Part shown: positions 35,811 to 49,135 of the stretch, in pieces
How the letters are laid out: every line of letters starts with the position of its first letter
Position numbering within the stretch: the stretch's first letter is position 1
Source: Neovahlkampfia damariscottae
Lineage: Eukaryota
Assembly: GCA_016618085.1 (NCBI GenBank)
Contig: JABLTG010000040.1
Span: forward strand, 62,001 to 118,417
Direction of reading: 5' to 3'
Length of the DNA: 56,417 nucleotides
Made by a program: the position numbers and the translations under genes
Notes under the pieces: generated by a model
Told to the model about the DNA's origin: nothing
Seen by the model: the letters and a program-made list of their open reading frames with translations, nothing else
Database searches by the model: none

Positions 35811-36595
35811 CTAACAGCAATTTGAATTATTAGGATTTGTAGGTGTTGCTTCATCATCTTCGTCATCTTTTCTTTCTTCCATTAAAGTGAATGCATCTTC
35901 ATACTCTTTTGGAGAATAAATATTTTTTGGTAATTTCATAATCTCTTCCGTAATCTCTTCAAAAACATCCGATATATTGGTATTCTCTTTTACACTAATT
36001 TTCATCCAACTCAAAAATCCGTACTTTTCACAAAAATCTGCAACTTTTTTTTCATCCACATTGTTCTCCAAATCAATTTTGTTTATAACTAATATACAAG
36101 GTATTTTTGAATCATTACTTAATGTAACTTTGTTATCAATATCATTTTTCCATCGTAAAGCTGAGTCTTCAAAATTTTCAAAGTTTGTTGCATCAATAAC
36201 CATTACACCACCCAAAGCACCTCTATAATATGCGTTCGTTAATGTACCAAACCTTTCATGTCCTGCTATATCCCAAATTTGAAGCTTTAAATCTGTCAGG
36301 TCGTCCCAGTTCATTATCTTCTGAGCAAAATCAATACCAATCTAAGGTTTAATTTTTGTTTTGTTTTTACTGTTGCTTTATAGTCTAATGTGAAATTGTT
36401 ATGGCAGTATCGCTTAATCAGTGATGTTTTTCCAACGCTAATATCTCCAATGACAATTATTTTTAAATTTATTGTTGTTTTGTCTCTTTGTTTTTCCAAC
36501 ACAGAAAATCTTTTTTCGAATCGTTCATTTATTAAGTTTTCTTGTATGTCTTCTTGTGTTTCTGTTTGAATCTGTTTTTCCTTCTGTTCGTCCAT
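35811..36595 (-). CDS. Rab32/38-family GTPase
   Basis: GDISVGKTS, YKAT|IGIDF (intron 36342-36370), WDIAGHERFG, INKID, C-terminal CC. Confidence 0.88.
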
Positions 36596-36772
36596 TTTTT
36601 GTTGTGTCAAACTTTTGTCCAATAGGAATTTTAATTATTTTGATTGTTTGAAAATATATATTTTAGAAGAATTCATCTAGAATCGAAGAAAATAGGGATG
36701 ATGATTTCTTGAGCTTTAGAGGGAAAATTATGAAATAGTTTTTTTTCTTTCTTCACTTCTTGAATAAATATT

Positions 36773-36997
36773 TTATTGCATTGATTTTTCTACAATTGCT
36801 ATGAATTCTTCACATTGGATTTTTCCATCTCCATTTTTGTCTGCTTCTTTGAGCATGGCATCAAGTAATTTGTCACTGAATTCAACTCCAAGTAAGTTGT
36901 GGCATCCTTTTCGAAGTTCTTCTTTGTCAAGAGTACCATTTGAGTCAACATCATGTTGTTTGAAGAATTCTGTTAATTTTTCTCTAAAAGTTGACAT
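36773..36997 (-). CDS. Small two-EF-hand calcium-binding protein
   Basis: DVDSNGTLDKEE and DKNGDGKIQCEE loops. Confidence 0.9.
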   Translation of the reverse strand: MSTFREKLTEFFKQHDVDSNGTLDKEELRKGCHNLLGVEFSDKLLDAMLKEADKNGDGKIQCEEFIAIVEKSMQ

Positions 36998-37199
36998 GAT
37001 CTGTTGTCTTTTTCTGTTTTTCTTTTAACCAATGAAACCGAAGGATTTTATTGTTGATCCAATGGTCAAAGTGAAACAATCTTTGTTTAATTATTTTACT
37101 TCAAAGTAGATAAAAATTCAAAAAAAGTAATTGGAATTTTTGAACCAATCAGAATAAATCTAATTAAAAATTCTGATTTTTCGACCAATCAAATCGAGC

Positions 37200-37553
37200 A
37201 TGGCAGGAAAAAGTAAAGAAACACAACAAAAAAAAGCGGCTACAAAAAAAGCAGATTCCGGAAAACAAAAAAGAAAAAAATGGTCTAAAGGTAGAATTAA
37301 TGAAAAAGCAGCAAACAAAGCTTATTTTGATAAAAATGCATCAAATGGTTTAACAAAATCTGTCGCTAAAGCTAAATGCATTACTCTCCACAAAGTTATC
37401 AATGACTTAAAAATTAAAGGAAGTATCGCTAAACAAGGTTTGAGAGCTCTTCACGCACAAGGTGTTATCGCTCCAGTATCCACACACGGCAAATGTTTGA
37501 TTTATGTTCCAGTTCAACAACAACAACAAGCAAAAGTTGTAGTTAACAAATAA
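37200..37553 (+). CDS. RPS25: 40S ribosomal protein eS25
   Basis: KKKWSKG-type motif, LKIKGSIAKQGLRAL...G.I, IY. Confidence 0.93.
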   Translation: MAGKSKETQQKKAATKKADSGKQKRKKWSKGRINEKAANKAYFDKNASNGLTKSVAKAKCITLHKVINDLKIKGSIAKQGLRALHAQGVIAPVSTHGKCLIYVPVQQQQQAKVVVNK

Positions 37554-37661
37554 ATTTTTTCTTGAATAATTTTAAATTCACTTTGTTCAGTCTTTTTATT
37601 TGAAATGAAACAAAAACCAAACAAATGTTACAAAGTTAAATATAAAATCTAATATTTATTT

Positions 37662-40600
37662 TTAAAAGTCAAAAGAGAACAAGTCATCTGTTGTACTTTT
37701 TTTCTTTTTTTTATCTTCTTTTGATTTCTTTTCATCTTCTTGAGAAATCTCATCAATCAAGTCAAATAATGAATCAATATCAGTTTTCTTTTTTTCTTCT
37801 TTTTTTGTTTTTTTTGAAGAAGAAAATGAAAACATGTCATCATCGTCAAATAAATCATCAACTGAAGTTGATTTTGATGAATTTTTTGAAGGTGTATCTT
37901 TCTTTGGTTCTACTTTTTTTGTTTGTTCAGCAGTACTTGTTTTCTTTTCTGGAGTTGCAGAACTTTTACGATTTGGCAAAGATGGAGCTGCTTTTTTTTC
38001 TGTTGGTTTTGGTGAAGAAGTGGATGAAACCTTCTTTTCTGTTGGTTTTGGTGATGCTACTTTTTTTTCAGCAGGTTTTGGTGAAGCAGTTGTTGATGAA
38101 ACTTTCTTTTGAACATTTGTTGTAGAATTTTTTCTTTCAGGAATAGGTGATTCTGTTTTACGACTTGGAAGTGAAGGAGCGACTTTCTTTTCTGTTGGTT
38201 TTGGTGATTCTGTTTTTTTTTCAACTGGTTTTGGAACATCAGAATTTTTGCGATTTGGAAGTGAAGGAGCGACTTTTTTTTCTGTTGGTTTTGGTGATTC
38301 TGAATTTTCTTTCTTTTCTGTTGGTTTTGATGACTCTGTTTTCTTAACTTTTTCTTCAGTCTTTTCTGAAGGTTTTGTTTCTTTTTTTTCAATCAACAAT
38401 TCATCATCTTCAACAAAATTAAATATTGAGTCAACATTTTTCTTCACTGGTGCTTCAACCACATCTTCAGTATCTTCAACTTTTTTGATTGGTGCGTCTT
38501 CGACAACTGTTTTTGCTTCTTTTCCGTCTTTTGTTGCGGAATTCAAAGTAATAAGTGAAGGAAGTTTTTTGAAAATATAATTCTTAAAATCTTCATATTC
38601 TTCAGGTTCTGTGTCTTTATTTGGAAATCCAGGATTCTTTTCAATATTTAAATGTTTCAAATGTTTCATTTTTTTCAAATTAAATAAAAGTTCACCAAGA
38701 TCTGTTAATAAATTATCATTCATTGAAAGAGTTTCAAGTGTCAATATAATTGGGAATCCATCCAATGAAATTAATTCATTATTATTCAAATTCAAAGTTG
38801 TTAATTTAGTAAAATCTGATAGATTTTCTACCATAGTAATTGAATTAAATGATAAATCAAGAGTTTCAACTTGATCTCCAAAATTGAGTTGAAGATCTTC
38901 TGGAATATCAAATAAATCTTTTGATGATAGTTTCAAGACTCCATTTTCAATTTTAATATCATCAAGTCCACCAAATCCATCAAAATCTTCATCATCAATA
39001 TAAGTTAATTTTTGTTCTTGCTCTTCAATAGTTGTCTCTTTGACATTTTGAACTTGTTCATTGGATGATTTTTCAACATCATTTGAAGTATCCATTTCTG
39101 AAGTTTCTTCAATTTGTTGTTCTTCTTCTTGTTCATCAACTATTTGTTGTTCCTCTACTTCTTGTTGTTCTTCCTTTTGTTCATCTGCAATGATTGTTGG
39201 ATCAACATTTGAGTATTTACTTAATTCTTGTCTTAAAAGATAAATTTCTTTTTCTCTTTGTTCTAATAATTGATTTAATTCTTCAACATCATTTGATCCA
39301 GATACTTCTAATTTAAAAGTTAACTCTTCAATTTGTCTTTGAAAAGCAACATTGTTAACTCTTTCATTGGTAAGTTCTGAATTGACAATTTCATAAAGAG
39401 ATATTTTTTCATCTAAATCTCTTTTTAAAATTGAATTTTCTTCATTTAATTTTTTTTCGATTTCCTTCAAGTTCTCTTCTAATTTTTCATTTTTTTTTGA
39501 CAAATTTTGAACTTGTTTTTTTAAATCTTCGTTTTCTAATTCAATTGATTTTAATGATTCATTTTCTTCCATTAAGTTATCTATTTTAATTGACAATTTA
39601 TTTTTTTCTTTTTTCAATGAATTTAATTCATCATTCGTTGGTAATGAATTTAATGATTTTTCTAATTTTTCAATTTTTGAATTTAAATTTTTTTTTTCAT
39701 TTTCAAATTTTTTATGTTCATTTGATTGATTACTTTGTAAATTCTTTAATTCTTTTTCAAAATTTTTTGATTTTAATTTTTCATTTTCAAAATCATTTTC
39801 TAAATTTTCTAATTGATTTAATTTTTTTTTGAGTGAATCTAATTCAATATTTAATGTTTTAATTTCTTGTTCATATTTTAATTTAGATTGTTCTAAAGTT
39901 TGTTTAATTATAATTTCTGAATCTTTTTGTTTTTGAGATGACATTGATTGAGATAATTTTATTTCATCAATTTCTTGTTGTAAAAATTTTTTTTCTTTTT
40001 CTAATTCATTTTTTTCATTTTCAAAAGAAAATTTAAAATTTGAGATTTCATTTTCTTTTGAATTAATTTCTTCCAGTAATTCATTGATTTTCTTTTTATT
40101 TTCTGATTCGTTCATTTCAATCTCTTTTATTTTATTTTCATATTCAGAAATATCATCAGAAATAGTTGATGTTTCTTTTAATCTTTTAATTTCGTTTTGT
40201 AAATTTTCTATTTTTTTATTTTGTGATGATTTTTCATTTGTTGATTCTTCCAAAAAATTTTTTTTTTCATCATTCCAAAGTTTTTGTTCATTTTCAAATT
40301 TTTTAATTTTTTCAGAATTTTTATCATTTTGAACTTTAATATCATTTAAATTTTGATTTAAATTTTTGTTGACTTTTTCCATGTCTTCAATTTGTTTGGT
40401 TAAATTTTTTAATTTAATTTCATTATCAGTTTTGATTTTTTCCAATTGATTAATTTGTAAATTAAGTTTTGAAACATCACCTGAATTTTGTTTAATTAAT
40501 AATCTCTTTTCTTCAACTTCTTTTTCTAAATTTTGGATTTTTGTCGTCATTTGTTTTAATTTTTCTCTTTCCAATTGCAATTTATCTTCATACTCTCTTT

Positions 40601-41399
40601 CTCTTTTTTTACTTGATTCTAAACTATCATTTAATTGTTTAATTTGAACAGAATCATTTGAACTTGTTTTTTGACTACCTGGTTCTACCTTTTCTGTCGT
40701 TGTTGAACTTGAAACTGGTTTTTTTTCAGGGTCAACTTTGTTTTGTATTGTCGAAGAAACTACAGGTTTTGAAGTTGAAGTCGAAGTTACTGCAGGAGTT
40801 GTCTTTTTTGGAAGAACAGGTTTGACTGTTGTTTTTATTGTTGATGTAGCAACAGGTTTACTTGTTGTTGTTTTAGTACTTGGTGTTGTTGTAACACCTT
40901 TTTTTCTGTCTTCTAATTTTTTCATCCAAGCAGGTACATTTGATTCACGTTGTGTGACTTTTGGTTTGTCAGTCGCTTTTTTTTCTGGTTTTGGTTTTTC
41001 AGTAATAATAACAGAAGGTAAAGTTAAATTTTGTGTACTATATCTTTCAGTATGAAAATGTCTAAAAATTGGCCAAAGTTGAGTAATCATACTTTTTTTG
41101 TGTTAAATTTTAATTTGCTTTTTTTTTTACCTGAGTTTTTCGAGACCAGCATCTTCAGCATCTAAATATTGTGGTATTCCAATGGCTTCATAAATTTCGA
41201 ATGCTTTTTTTATGTTTTCTAAATTATCAGAACCAACTTCTTTTTTGTAATTTAATCTATTTGGTTCATAGAATTCAACAATTGCACAGAAAACTTTTCC
41301 ATCTACCCAAGATTTTGTTAAATTTGTAACTGATAATCCATAATCTTTTCCAATGGCATCAGCCCATTTCATAATGCTTTGTTGCTGTTGTTGAGACAT
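37662..41399 (-). CDS. Cytoskeletal scaffold: MICAL/smoothelin-type CH domain, coiled coil, LRR, P/K/S/T repeats, DLF-type acidic tail
   Basis: VTNLTKSWVDGKVFCAIV...GIPQYLDAED CH domain; intron 41092-41130; LDLSFNSI/LNLNNNEL LRRs. Confidence 0.85.
37965..38335 (-). repeat. Coding repeats PKP(T/A/V)EKK and APSLP(N/S)RK
   Basis: Near-identical ~50-nt blocks at 38161 and 38251 (90-nt period) plus further TCTGTTGGTTTTGGTGA copies. Confidence 0.8.
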
Positions 41400-41534
41400 T
41401 TTGGAAAATTAAAGTGGATTTGATTGGATAATGTCAATGATTAGAGACTGTGTAAATATTATTGTTGAAGGATTTTCTGAAATTGAAAAAGAATTTAAAC
41501 AACCAATTCGATTCTTTCACCAATCAAATTGCAA

Positions 41535-42595
41535 ATGAACAAAAAAGTTTGTGCTTTTTTTAACACAACAAATGGGTGCACAAAAGGAAACTCTTGTCAA
41601 TATCTCCACCAAAAACTACAAAAAAAACAAGTGTGCTTTTTCTATACATCACCAAAAGGATGCTTGAAAGGAGACAGTTGTCAATTTTTACACGAAGAAA
41701 CAAAAACAACAGAAAAAACAATTGAAAAAAAAACAAACGAAAAAATAAAAAGAGAAAAGAAAGAAATAAAATTAATCAAATCACCTTATCCTTTAGTGGA
41801 TATTGGAATCAATTTGACGAATAGAAGATATAAAAATGACTTGAAACAAGTTTTAAAGAGATCATTTGAAACAAATGTCAAACATTTAATTATCACAGGA
41901 ACAGATGAAGTAAATAGTAATCTTGCTTTGGAATTTTGTGAAAAGAAATTTGAAGGAGTTAATTTATATTTTACAGTTGGAGTTCATCCACATGAAGCAA
42001 AAACATGTAATGATAAAACAATAGAAAATTTAAGAATTATGTCAATGCATAAGAAATGTGTTGCCATTGGAGAATGTGGTTTAGATTTTGATAGAAATTT
42101 TTCCAAAAAAGAAGATCAAGAATTTTGGTTTGAAGAACAATTAAAATTAGCTGAAAAATTAAAAAAACCTGTATTCCTTCATGAAAGAGATGCTTTTGAT
42201 AGTTTTTCAAAAATAGTTTCAAAATACAACGTCAAAATGTGTGTTCATTGTTTTACTGGAAAAGAAGAAGAATTAGATTATTACATAAAAAAAGGATATT
42301 ACATTGGTATAACTGGATTTATATGTAAAAAAGAAAGAGGAAAAGAATTACGCAAATTCATTTCAAAAATACCTTTAAATCGTCTGATGATTGAAACAGG
42401 TTTGATTTTTTTTGATTTTTTTTTAACATCAAAGATGGTCCTTTTATGGCTCCTGTTGAAGATTTAAAAAGAAATGAACCTTGCTATTTACCTTTTGTGT
42501 TAAAAGAAATCGCTAAAATTTATGAAATGGATGAAGAAAAATTGGGAAAAAGTATAACAAAGACAACTTTTGAATTCTTCAACATCAAAGAATAA
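41535..42595 (+). CDS. TatD nuclease with two N-terminal CCCH zinc fingers
   Basis: CAFF..GCTKGNSCQYLH and CFFY..GCLKGDSCQFLH; DIGINL, GVHPH, IGECGLDFDR, FLHERDA, VHCFTG, IET|DGP. Confidence 0.92.
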
Positions 42596-42660
42596 AATTT
42601 CAACTGGCTTCCAAAAACTTTAACTTCTTATTTTCATTTTGAACCAATTAAATTATTTTC

Positions 42661-44540
42661 ATGTCTTTCTTATCAACAAGTTTTGATTTTATAACCAGCA
42701 ATAGTCCTTCATCTCTTAGTTCACCAAGATTAAAAGAAAGTAAAAGGAATGATTTAGAAGATACATTCTTTGTTTTTGAAGAAAGTACAGAAGAAGAATT
42801 AAGGTATTCTTCCTTCATAAAAAGAAGACTAATAATTTTAAAGTCAAGAAAAAATTGATACATTATCAACTAAAATGTTATATTTTCATCCAAGTAGTAT
42901 GTCAGAAGAAAAACAATATTGGATACTAGGTATAATACAAACTTCAATAGGAAATTTTCAAAGTTATCATTTAGATGATAATATAACAATGCTTAAATTT
43001 ACAAAATCAAAAATGGCATTAAAAAAAGTAGTAAATGTGTATATTGTAACTCTTTTATTGTTTTTAAAACTAAGTAGGCTTTAAGTTCTTCTTTTTATGT
43101 TCCTGATGATGTTTTAAAAACACATGTAGAAAAATTAATCAATACTTTTATATTTTTTAATGGTCCAATTTCAAATATCCAAAAAGTATTTTTATTTCGA
43201 CTTTTCTTATCTTTTTCTTTAGAGATTCAAAGAAAGATCGGATTATTTAAATTATATGAATAGATCATTTAATGAAATTAGAATTTTAGCTTCAAATTAT
43301 AATTCAAATCCAAATTATGTTTTTGAACCAATTCCTTATTTACAATTACCTTTAGTAGAAAAAAAAAAAAAAAAAAATTTAATTTTTCAATTATAGAAAA
43401 GCAATTCAATATTCATTTTAATGACACAATTTCTTGATAAACTAAAAGAATTCAAAGGATTAATGGGTTCAACCATTTTTTATGATGGATCTGTTATAAC
43501 CAATCAACTACCATTAGATATTGTATCATGTTTATTATTTAGATATCACGTTAAGGGATTATTAAAAAAAGAAAAAAGATTTGGTAAACCAGCAAGTTTA
43601 TCAATGACTTCAAATTCATCATTTAGTATAAATACAATTCCAAAACCAAGATACGCAGAAATGTCTTCTTCTGATCTTTCTGATGATTTACATTCAACAG
43701 GTGATGATTTATTAACAGATGATGATGAAGATGATGATCCATATATGAATGTAGAACCAATGGATTTAGAGTTTAATTCAACAAGAAGAAATTTAATGAA
43801 GAAGTTAGATTCATTTCCAGTATTTTTAACTATTTCACAATTAAAAAAGTATTCATTATTTTTTGTTCTCAACTTTATTTTAGATTTGGTATTGATGGAT
43901 TAGATTGTTTAAATTATAAAAATGATATTTTATTTAAAGTTGAAAATGATATTTTGATACCACAAATGTTAGATAGTGGAATGTTCTTTTCTACTGTTAT
44001 TTTAAATTTTGATAGAATTTCAATTTCTTATATTATTGATTTGAAATCATTAGAAGATAAAAAAAAAATTGAAGAATTGGTAAAAGAATTTTAAATTAAA
44101 TTTTAAAGCAATCACAAATTATTTTAAAAATGACACAATTTGATTGTCAAGTTAAATCTGCATTTTTATCTAGAGAATCATCAAAATATGTAACAAGAGG
44201 AAATAATATCAAAATGTTAAAACAACAAGGAATTTCATCAAGTGCATTGATTTATGATCATTCAACAAAACAAGCAACTGGATATTTTAATCAAAAGAGT
44301 CCATTTATAAGACATACTTCTTTAATTCATGAACAATTTAATTCAAATCCAAATGTTCAAAAAATCATTTTAAGAAATCATACTGGATATTTTCATTCAA
44401 CAAAATTACATGGAACTGAATTTTATTATCATCATCCATTTACAAAAAAACAAAATTTTATTGAAATTTCAAATATTGAATTGCTTGAAAGAACTGTAAA
44501 AGAAAATATTTTAAAAGATTTTGATTTGAACACAATTTAA
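42661..44540 (+). CDS. HPS4: Tri-longin protein, HPS4-like (BLOC-3 subunit; CCZ1/HPS4 family), multi-exon
   Basis: LYFHP, FIFFNGPI, GSTIFYDGSVITNQLP, SLIHEQF...IILRN match HPS4 blocks. Confidence 0.7.
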
Positions 44541-44553
44541 TTGGTTTATTTTT

Positions 44554-45329
44554 TCAATAAATAAATGGAATTAATTGATAGGGTGTATTTTTTTGATATT
44601 GTTCATATTCTCGTGAATATTTTTTTTTGAGATATTCATTTAATTCTGGAATTGAAAGGAAAGTAAATCCACAAATCATAATCATTGGAACTATTAATAA
44701 AATTTTGTATGTTGTTAATAACATCCATCCTGAAAATAAAATTAAATCTCCTGTATAATTTGGGTGCTGAATTAAATTAAAAATATTGATTTTGTTTTAC
44801 TTGAGTTATTGAAGCTAATCCATACATATATAATTTTCCTTTATTTTCAGGTTTTAATTTCCAATGTTTTCTTTGAACTTCACTTCCAGTGTTCATATAA
44901 GAACCAAATAACTGAATTAAGAAAATTAAATTTCCTTTTTTTTTTTTTACCACTAAAATGAGGAAGAAATAATCAATTGTGTAAATACTTCCATCTTTTA
45001 ACAATGAACTTGCATATGATACAGCAGTGAATATTCCTCCTACAAATATATTGACTGAAACAATTTCAACAACAGGACTCTTTGTGAATGTTAAAATACT
45101 AAAAAATATCTCTTACAACTCTTTGGGTTGTGTATAGCATTAAAATTAAAAATCTTATGTAGTATAAAGCTCCACAAAATATTAAAACCATTTTTCTTGG
45201 GTTCATGTTGAATGTTACAAAATTGAATGAAAAAGCTAAAGAGTAAAGATGTATGAAGGCGTTGAATGAAAATAACATCACAAATATAAAGTTGAGTGCT
45301 GATGGTGGTTTATGTCTGAATTCTTCCAT
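44554..45329 (-). CDS. Steroid 5-alpha-reductase/DUF1295-like membrane protein (3 introns)
   Basis: SEVQRKHWK...GKLY..GL...HPNYTGD; C-terminal LIPFIY. Confidence 0.8.
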
Positions 45330-45496
45330 TATTGTTCAATTTCGGAGTAGATAGATGTTTGATTGGTGGAGGATTTAACAATTAAGATTTTGACAAAAAG
45401 ATGATGATATGAGTTTTTTTCTCAGATTTTTAATAATCAATCAAAGCAGTTCAGATTTGGTCAACCAATCAAAATACTAGAAAAACCGTTCACCAA

Positions 45497-46445
45497 ATGA
45501 AACGAAAAACAAATCATCAAGACAAAACACCGATAACAAATGGAAAAGTTCAAAAGAAAACAGTTTCATTTGAAAAAGTGATTCCGTTTGCTTTGGATTT
45601 CTTTTATGAAGAAGAAATTTTTCAAAAGCTCATAATGGTCTCAAAAAGTTGGAAAAAAACATGTTATGAATCACTTGAAACGATGAGTTTCTCAGAGTGC
45701 GATTATAAAACAGTTCAAACTGTTATTCAAAAGTAAAAAAAAAAAGAATTCACAAAAAAAAAGATTACCAAAATTAACCAAATTAACAATTGACAACCTT
45801 GATGATTTTAAAGAAGAAAATGTTGATGATTTAATTTCCAGTTGTAAAACATTAAAAACACTTCATTTAAGAAATTGTTCATTTGAAAATTTAATAATTA
45901 CTAAAACAGAACAACTTGAAACATTAACAATTTCATTAAGTAGTTTCAAAACTATAAAAGTTCATTCACAAACATTAAAAAAAATTGAAATTTTTGATAA
46001 TGAATTTTCGAATGCAACAAATATTGAATGTGAAAATTTAAAAGAATTAAAATTACATACATGTATATTTGAATCAGATGAAATACTTTTTAATTCAATT
46101 TGTGATTTACCAATTGAAAAATTAAGTATAAATGAATGTTCTGGATTATTCAATTTAAGAATTCAATTAATAAATTTAAAAGAATTGAATATTATTAATT
46201 GTATGAAATTAAAAAAATTACATCTTGAAAGTTTTGAATTACAAAAAGTACAATTAAATTGGTGTGAAGATATTATATCATTAGACTTATTAGATTGTGA
46301 TAATTTAAAAGAAATTGATTTAACAGGTGTCGGTGGTAATATAATTTCATCACAATCAACCAATGAACAAAATGATTCAATTTTATCAAATATTGTTAAT
46401 GCAATTAAAAATCATTTTGAAAATCAAATCAAAGTTATTTATTAA
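45497..46445 (+). CDS. F-box/LRR protein
   Basis: F-box-like LIMVSKSW; Cys-containing LRRs (LKELNIINC, LDLLDCDNLKEIDL). Confidence 0.75.
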
Positions 46446-46456
46446 AAAAATTAAAT

Positions 46457-49029
46457 TTATTTTGATTCTTGTAATTTTTTATTTTCATTTAATAATCTTT
46501 GAATTTCTGAACCTAATGTTTTAATATGAGATTGTAATTGAATATTTTGTAAAATTGTTTCTTCCATAACTTGTTGCATTTGATTAAAAGATTCTTGTAA
46601 TATTTTTGGATCCATTTTTTTACTCTTTTGCATCATTTCTTTTTTATTTTTTTCTTGTTCTGGAGTTAATCTACCTAATTTTTCTTTTTGCATATAATAA
46701 GTAATAATTTGTTTTTTCTTTTCAACATCTTCTTTTAATTGTTCAATTGAAATAGATAATACTCTTAATCTTTCTTCCATTTTCCATTTTATTGTTTGAA
46801 GTTCACCAACACGTATCAGTAATTGATTATTTTCTTTCATAATTTGTGATGTTTCTAAATCATTCACTAATGATGTATTATCATCAGATCCAGATGAAAT
46901 TGATTTCATATTATTAAATGAATTCTCACGTGAATGAATTCTCTTTGGTGTATTTAAACTATTTCCACTCATAATATTTGTATTACTATTACTTTGTTTC
47001 ATTAAATTATTATTTGAATTTGAAGGTGTTATAGTTGTATTATTTTCTTCTTCTTTTTGTTTTTCAATTAAAAGTGATTTCAATTCTTTTAATTGTTTTT
47101 CTTTCATTTTTGATCTTGAAGTAAATTCAACTTTTAAATCTTTTATTCTTTGTTCTGATTTTTCATATTTTTCTTTAAATGTTTCTTTTTCAATTTTAAT
47201 ATTTTTCATTTTTTCATTGATATTTTGTAATTCTAAATTTAGACAATTTACATTTTCATTATTAACACTTAATTCAACTGAAATTAAAATTGATTTTGAA
47301 AATAATTCAATATATGATTGATAAAGATCATCTGTATTCTTTACTACTTTTTCTAATTTTTCAATTTTTTTTTCATTCTTTTTTGAAACATCATCAAATT
47401 CTAATTCCATCATTTTCATTTTTTGTAAAACTTGATCTTTTTCACTTAAAATTTTAGTTAATTTATTATTAATATCATTAATTGTATCAATATGAATTTT
47501 AATTTTTGTATTCTTTTTCTTGTTATCTTCATCTAAAAAATTTATCTTTTTTTGATAATCTTCAATTTCAATTTTCATTTGTTCATTTTCATCAGATAAT
47601 GAATTATTTTTTGAAACTTCTTGTGAATGTGATTTATTTAATGAATCAAAATTCTTTCCTTTTTCAATGATTGGTTCTAATTCTGTTAATTTAACTTTTA
47701 ATTGGTCAATTTCATTTTGTTTTTGATTTGATTCATCCAATGATTCTTTTAATTTCATACTCATATCTTTCATAACTTGTTGTGTATTATATATCTTCTT
47801 TTGTTGTTGATCAGAATCTTTGACAAAATCAACTCTTTCTTCTTGTAATTTTAATAATGAACTTAAGATATTATCTCGATCAATTTGTATTTTTTCAATT
47901 TCTTTTTTTAAATTCTCAATTTCTTTTTCTTTTTCTTTCAATTCATTCATTTGACTTTCTTTTAATTTTTTGTTATTTTCTTTTAATTCGTCAATTTCTT
48001 TATTTAAATTTAGAATTTTTTCTTTGTTGTCTTTGTTTTTTTCAATCCAAATATTAATTTGTGTTTCATAATTTTCTGTTATTTTTTGTATTTCTTCTTG
48101 TTTTTTTTCAAGTTTTTCTTCTAAATTTGAAATCTTATTCATAATTTTAATTTGTATTTTTTAATTTACGTTTATAATTAAATCTTCATCAGGTTTTGAA
48201 AATTGAATTGAATTTTCAATTTTTTTTAATTCTACATTATTTTTTCCTTCAATTATTTCTTTGTTCCAAATTTTTTCAAATTTTTCTTTCATTTTTTCAA
48301 TAGAATCATCTTCATCATCCTCATCCTCCTTTTTATCCTCTACTTCTTCTTTTTCAAATAATTTATTTACTAGTTCTTTTAAAAAGATCTCTGATGATAT
48401 TTTTTCAATGAATTCAATTCCTTTTTGATTTTTTTCTAATTCAGTTTTTAATTCATCAAGTATCGTAGAATCTATATTTGTTTGTTGTTGAGTATCCTGT
48501 TTCTTCATTTCTACTATTTTTTTTTCTAATCTTTCTTTTTCTTTTAAAATTTCATCATGTTTTAATTGAAGTTCTTGTTGTGCTGTGAACATTAATTTGG
48601 CATTCTCTTTCAATGCGTTTGTCTTTATAAGGTGTAAATTTTTTTTTTTTTTTTTTACTTGTTCTTCATGTTCTGCGATTAAGTTTTGTTTGTCTTTCTT
48701 ATAGGAGGCATTTTCTTCAGCGAATTTTTTGAAAGTTGATTTGTCTTGACTTTTTTGTACAACATCTAAAAAAGTGTATTTTTAGAAAAAAAAAATTAGG
48801 ATAATTTACATTGTAATTTTTTACAGTCTAATTCAATTTCTTTGTTCTTTTTTTGAAGTTTTTGAATTTCTATATTCAGAGTTAGTATTTTTTTTTTTTA
48901 TTTTTTTTTTAAACCTGCTTTTTGTCTCTTATCTGATTCTTCATATTCAAATTGTTTTGTTCTCAGATCAACAAGTTGATTTTGTATTTGAGAAAATTCT
49001 TCCGTCGTAATTTCCATCACATCGGACAT
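46457..49029 (-). CDS. GRIPAP1: GRIP1-associated protein 1 (GRASP-1)-like coiled-coil protein, multi-exon
   Basis: N-terminal ITTEEFSQIQNQLVDLRT; C-terminal LLIRVGELQTIKWKMEER...KKKQII and MEETILQNIQLQSHIKTLGSEIQRL. Confidence 0.72.
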
Positions 49030-49135
49030 TGTTGATGATGTTCAACAATTTCTTTTTGAAAAATGTATTTTATTGGTGGAAAATTGTTCCATTCATAGTT
49101 TTGGAGGGCAATTAGAAAAAGTTGAAAATTAGAAT

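Noticed and set aside
37691..41055. Many plus-strand F/S/L-rich ORFs (similar ones at 4540, 24068, 25998, 30742, 35977, 50490)
   Set aside because: These are antisense shadows of K/E-rich coding sequence.
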